DNA from: an uncultured Chthoniobacterales bacterium
GTDB lineage: Bacteria > Verrucomicrobiota > Verrucomicrobiia > Chthoniobacterales > Terrimicrobiaceae
DNA: 64,000 bases
Direction: 5' to 3'
Assembly: GCA_964552635.1 (NCBI GenBank)
Contig: CAZKHB010000015.1
Span: 15,619 to 79,618 of the forward strand
Shown here piece after piece: positions 60,490 to 64,000 of the stretch (position 1 is the stretch's first letter; every line of letters begins with the position of its first letter). The notes under the pieces were generated by a model. The model saw only the letters and a program-made list of their open reading frames with translations, made no database searches and was not told the origin of the DNA. The position numbers and the translations under genes were made by a program.

Positions 60490-61683
60490 TCAGCGGGCTT
60501 TGGCAGAAAGTCGTTCGTTGGCCTGCCGGATCAAGTCGAAGACAAATGCATTCTCGTTTCCGGGAGAGGCATTCCAGACGACGAGGTCGGGATTCGGCGT
60601 ATCGAAAACCCAGTAGGCGGAGAGAGGTATGTCGAGTTCCTCGATCAACTTCAGGAACTCTTCCACCTGAGCACGGCGGGCGGCAACATCCATCTCCCCG
60701 CCCCCCGGCCCGAACTCTCCGAGCCACGTCGGTTTGCCGCTGGTTTTCGAGACCTCTTGGACGGCCGTGAGAATCTCGCGAAGCGAGGCACCCTCGATGC
60801 CATAACCATGGTAACCTCTGTCGTTCGCGCGGGGATGGTAAAAGTGAAGATTGACAGTGCCTGTCGGGTTTGCGCGCTTGAGGGCCTCCATCCATTGCTC
60901 GCGCGAGTCGCGTGCCCAACCAAGACCCCGCGCGAGGTGCCAGGAACTCACACGTGGAGCGGCATCGCCCGTGAGGATCGCCCGCGTGGCGTCGATCTGC
61001 TGGACGACGTCCGCAAACTCGCGGTAAGCGTCGATCGCTGCCTGACTCGTGAGTTTGTCTTTGTCCGTGCGTGCGTGCGCCGTCTGCATTTCCGGCACCA
61101 CCCACATTTTGGGATCCTTCGGCCCGGGCAGGTCGGCCTCGTTGAGGAACTCGTTGCCGAACTCCCACGCCCAAATCGCGGGAGAGTTCCGGTAGCGGCC
61201 GACAACTTCGCGTGTGTAGCGACGCATGAAATCCCGCGTGCGACTCTGCGCGTCACCCCATGCGGAGATCGGCTCCCCGACCAGATCGGGCACACAAAAG
61301 AAGGACCAAAACAGCGAGGGAATCAGACCGATTCCGTGTTTTTCAGCCTCCTTCACCACGGAGTCGAGGCGCTCGAAATACGCGTCCGGGTTCTCCAAAT
61401 ACAACTTCATCTGTGCGGGGAAAAACCCACACGCCGCGAAACGCACAAACGGGACCTTCTCCCTTGCAAGCACTGCGAATCCTTCCTTGTAGGCCTCGCT
61501 TGGGGCGGTGTTCGGCTCGGCCACGGGCAGCGTGCGCATGAAGGCGTCGTAGTAGTTCATCCCGATCCCGCGATACGGTTTGTCCTCGCGCAGAAACTGA
61601 CCATCCCTCACCTCAAGCGGGGCTGCGCAGAGAAGGCCCAATGGAAGACCGACGGTGAGAACAATAAGGGAGAACCGGTTCAT
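60490..61683 (-). CDS. glycoside hydrolase family 5 (paralog of 48453-49664)
   Basis: IWAWEFGNEFLN and WLGEFGPGGG, with the same layout as the other GH5. Signal peptide MNRFSLIVLTVGLPLGLLCAAP. Alternative start at 61725. Confidence 0.7.
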   Translation of the reverse strand: MNRFSLIVLTVGLPLGLLCAAPLEVRDGQFLREDKPYRGIGMNYYDAFMRTLPVAEPNTAPSEAYKEGFAVLAREKVPFVRFAACGFFPAQMKLYLENPDAYFERLDSVVKEAEKHGIGLIPSLFWSFFCVPDLVGEPISAWGDAQSRTRDFMRRYTREVVGRYRNSPAIWAWEFGNEFLNEADLPGPKDPKMWVVPEMQTAHARTDKDKLTSQAAIDAYREFADVVQQIDATRAILTGDAAPRVSSWHLARGLGWARDSREQWMEALKRANPTGTVNLHFYHPRANDRGYHGYGIEGASLREILTAVQEVSKTSGKPTWLGEFGPGGGEMDVAARRAQVEEFLKLIEELDIPLSAYWVFDTPNPDLVVWNASPGNENAFVFDLIRQANERLSAKAR

Positions 61684-61751
61684 GAGGGACGCAAATTCGT
61701 CGTAAGAAAGCGCTCGACGCAACAAATTACAACTTTTATTCTCAGAATCTC

Positions 61752-63134
61752 ATGTCCCCTCATTCAGAACCTGCGGGCACACGGCTGCCCGCCAAAACGA
61801 AAGCGTCGTGGGCCAGCGGCGCGATTGCGGATGTCTTCATGGCGAACGCATTCAGCTACCTCGCCCTGCCAATTTACAATGTCGCGCTGAAAGTGGATCC
61901 CGCCTTTCTGGGGTGGGCGATGGGGATTCCGCGCATTTGGGACGCGATTGCGGATGCGTTCGTTGGGAATTGGTCGGACAACACCCGGAGCCGCTGGGGG
62001 CGTCGGAGGCCGTTCATTTTTTTCGGGGCGCTGCTTTCCGGGATGTTCTTTGCCTTGATGTGGATGCCTCCGGCGGCGGCGGGTCCGGGTGTGGTCGGGC
62101 TGTATTTTCTCGGGATGTCGATCCTCTACTACACGGCGTATGCGGTTTTCACCGTTCCCTGGGGTGCGCTGGGACTTGAGCTCAGCGACAATTACCACGA
62201 GCGGACGAATGTTCAGGCATGGAAGAATTTTTTCCAGGCTTTCGGCGGCATTTTCCTGGGTTCCATGTGGTGGCTTTCGCTTCAGATGGGCGAAACCGAA
62301 GTCGAGGGTGTGCGGTGGGTCGGGTTGATCTTTGGTGTGGTGATTGCCGTGGCCGGTGTTTTGCCGGCGATTCTCGTCAGGGAACGCACGGTAGATCCCT
62401 CGCGGGAAAAACTCCCCTTCCTGCGCGCTCTGAAGGACACATTCAAGAATCCGGCCTTTCTGTGCATCGTCGGCTTCACGCTCTGCATCATCTTCGGAGT
62501 CTTCGTCGTGAATGCCTTCGCGCTATACATCAACATCCTGCACGTCTTCGGCGGAGACAAGGCGGGCGTCTCCGCGCTGAACTTCGTGATGAACGCGGTA
62601 TTTCAAGTGGTGGGGCTCGCCATGAGTCCGCTCGTGGCCGGAGTCGCACGCAAGCTCGGGAAACGCCAGACGCTTGCGGCGGGGCTTGTTTTCATCATGA
62701 TCGGCTTCGGCGTGTCGTGGTGGACCTACACACCCGCGATGCCCTACCTGCAGGGCGTCTCGCTCGCGCTCATCAGCCCCGGCCTTGCGTGTCTTTGGAT
62801 CATCGGGCCCTCGATGCTGGCAGACGTCTGCGATCTGGACGAACTCAAGACCGGGCTCCGCCGCGAGGGAATGTACAGCGCGACCTTCACATGGACGATC
62901 AAACTCAGCATCGCTCTCACCATGGTGCTCAGCGGTTACATGCTCAACTGGGCGGGCTACGACGCCGCCAAGGAGGCGGCACAAGCACCGGGCGTGGTGG
63001 ACCGCCTGCGCATCCTTTACATGATCGTCCCCGCTTCTACGAGCGCCCTCGGGCTCCTGTTCGTCTTTTTGTATCCGCTTACTGAATCGAAAAGCCTTGC
63101 GATCCGGGAGCAACTGGCCGCGAGAAAGGGGTAA
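61752..63134 (+). CDS. MFS transporter, glycoside-pentoside-hexuronide (GPH/MelB-like) family
   Basis: 12 TM helices; IWDAIADAFVGNWSDNTRSRWGRRRPFIFFGAL is a GPH family motif. Confidence 0.75.
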   Translation: MSPHSEPAGTRLPAKTKASWASGAIADVFMANAFSYLALPIYNVALKVDPAFLGWAMGIPRIWDAIADAFVGNWSDNTRSRWGRRRPFIFFGALLSGMFFALMWMPPAAAGPGVVGLYFLGMSILYYTAYAVFTVPWGALGLELSDNYHERTNVQAWKNFFQAFGGIFLGSMWWLSLQMGETEVEGVRWVGLIFGVVIAVAGVLPAILVRERTVDPSREKLPFLRALKDTFKNPAFLCIVGFTLCIIFGVFVVNAFALYINILHVFGGDKAGVSALNFVMNAVFQVVGLAMSPLVAGVARKLGKRQTLAAGLVFIMIGFGVSWWTYTPAMPYLQGVSLALISPGLACLWIIGPSMLADVCDLDELKTGLRREGMYSATFTWTIKLSIALTMVLSGYMLNWAGYDAAKEAAQAPGVVDRLRILYMIVPASTSALGLLFVFLYPLTESKSLAIREQLAARKG

Positions 63135-63266
63135 CGCCTTTTCAATCAGCCAGAGCCCCGCAGTGACGAGGGCAATCGGACCGCAGGTTTTCTGTCGTGA
63201 CGCGCGTCGCTGTCTGACTCCTCAACGGCACGTGCGGGGGATCGATTTCTATGGGTCCCGATACAG

Positions 63267-63302
63267 AAAAGGCGACCACCCGGGGATGGGAGGCCGCCTT
63301 TC
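63267..63302. terminator. candidate bidirectional terminator between convergent MFS and PEP-CTERM genes
   Basis: aaaaggcg-N20-cgcctttc: a 7-bp stem with flanking A/T runs. Confidence 0.3.
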
Positions 63303-63313
63303 GGAGAGACAGG

Positions 63314-64000
63314 TCAGGCTTGTGAGCGACGGCGGGCGAGAAGCAGAACTCCGAGCCCGAGGCCAATGAGCGCCCATGTGGTCGGCTCCGGAACGGCTTG
63401 AATGACAAGGTCGTTGCCGCCAGTGAAGGAGTTTCCTGCCGAATCACCGGTGTAGCTGATGAGAAACTCCTGCCCCCCGACGAGGAACGACGCGCCTTGA
63501 GTGAGCGTCGTGGCAACGCCGTTCAATTGCGAAAAGGTGCCCGTGATTGCCGTTGATGTCCCCGTGTTGTTCACAAGGAAGTAGAGCGAGTTCACCGTTG
63601 GCGTGAAGCCGAGGCTGAGAGCGAGGTTGCTCGTTCCGCTCAGCGTGAATGCGGCCGAGGCTCCAGTCAGGGCGATCTGGTCGTAACCCGTGCCGACAGT
63701 GGCCCCGTTGAGTTCAAAGCTCAGGGAACCATCGAGCACGCTCAGGGAGTTGTTCACCGTGAGCACACCGGGGCTGTTGCCGGGGGCAAGGGTGCCGCCG
63801 GAATTCACCGAGACGGCTCCGTTGATGGTGCCGGACCCGCCGAGTGTGGCTCCTGAATTCACCGCGACGGCACCGCCGGCGATGGATCCGTTCACGAGGA
63901 GGGTGCCGGCGTTGACGGTTGTCGCTCCGCCATACGTGTTTGTGCCGGCGAGATTCATGGTGCCGGCTCCGGCTTTCGTGAGGCTGGTGTTGGTGAACGT
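63314..64000 (-). CDS. PEP-CTERM-anchored beta-helix repeat protein (partial, N-terminus beyond window end)
   Basis: C-terminus [26 protein letters not shown] (PEP-CTERM sorting signal). Upstream autotransporter-associated beta-strand repeats ([20 protein letters not shown]...). Confidence 0.7.
   Translation of the reverse strand, partial: TFTNTSLTKAGAGTMNLAGTNTYGGATTVNAGTLLVNGSIAGGAVAVNSGATLGGSGTINGAVSVNSGGTLAPGNSPGVLTVNNSLSVLDGSLSFELNGATVGTGYDQIALTGASAAFTLSGTSNLALSLGFTPTVNSLYFLVNNTGTSTAITGTFSQLNGVATTLTQGASFLVGGQEFLISYTGDSAGNSFTGGNDLVIQAVPEPTTWALIGLGLGVLLLARRRSQA

Overview
This is a 64 kb window of high-GC (about 65-70%) bacterial chromosome. It is probably verrucomicrobial (Opitutae-like). 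The basis is the PEP-CTERM and autotransporter-type beta-helix giant proteins, the H-X9-DG prepilin-like proteins and the CAZyme-rich gene content. This taxonomic call is an inference only.

About 60 genes are supported. From left to right they are:
- a partial comEC and two small upstream genes
- OsmC
- a VapBC toxin-antitoxin pair
- a dGTPase-like HD hydrolase
- an unusual 637-aa protein with a GreA-like C-terminus
- ExoD, an M29 aminopeptidase, a metallophosphoesterase and a cNMP-binding protein
- glmS and glgC
- a 1616-aa secreted FN3 / CBM-like / GH16 / beta-helix protein
- the rpmI-rplT-pheS operon
- a pilT-pilT-FHA-nucleotidyl-cyclase-SHOCT operon
- nrdDG (anaerobic ribonucleotide reductase)
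- a roughly 9 kb lower-GC island (about 28.0-36.95 kb, 47-58% GC)
- an ECF sigma / Ser-Thr kinase pair immediately upstream of the island
- housekeeping genes: nitroreductase, SPFH, polyprenyl synthetase, a tandem-LOG protein and an S1/P1 nuclease
- a LacI-headed glycan-utilisation cluster (GH130, two GH5, GH3, GH78, SSF and GPH transporters, an H-X9-DG pseudopilin and two tandem secreted paralogs), ending in a partial PEP-CTERM protein.

The lower-GC island encodes secreted proteins with eukaryote-like domains (SH3b-CAP, ankyrin, LamG-LamG-esterase), small membrane proteins, a frameshifted gene and internally deleted duplicate remnants. The Ser-Thr kinase carries a C-terminal LamG sensor domain that is paralogous to the LamG domains of the island's giant secreted protein. 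This kinase/island pairing is the most distinctive candidate system in the window.

No rRNA, tRNA, CRISPR, integrase or transposase was recognised. The ORF track contains many long antisense shadow ORFs, as expected at this GC content.
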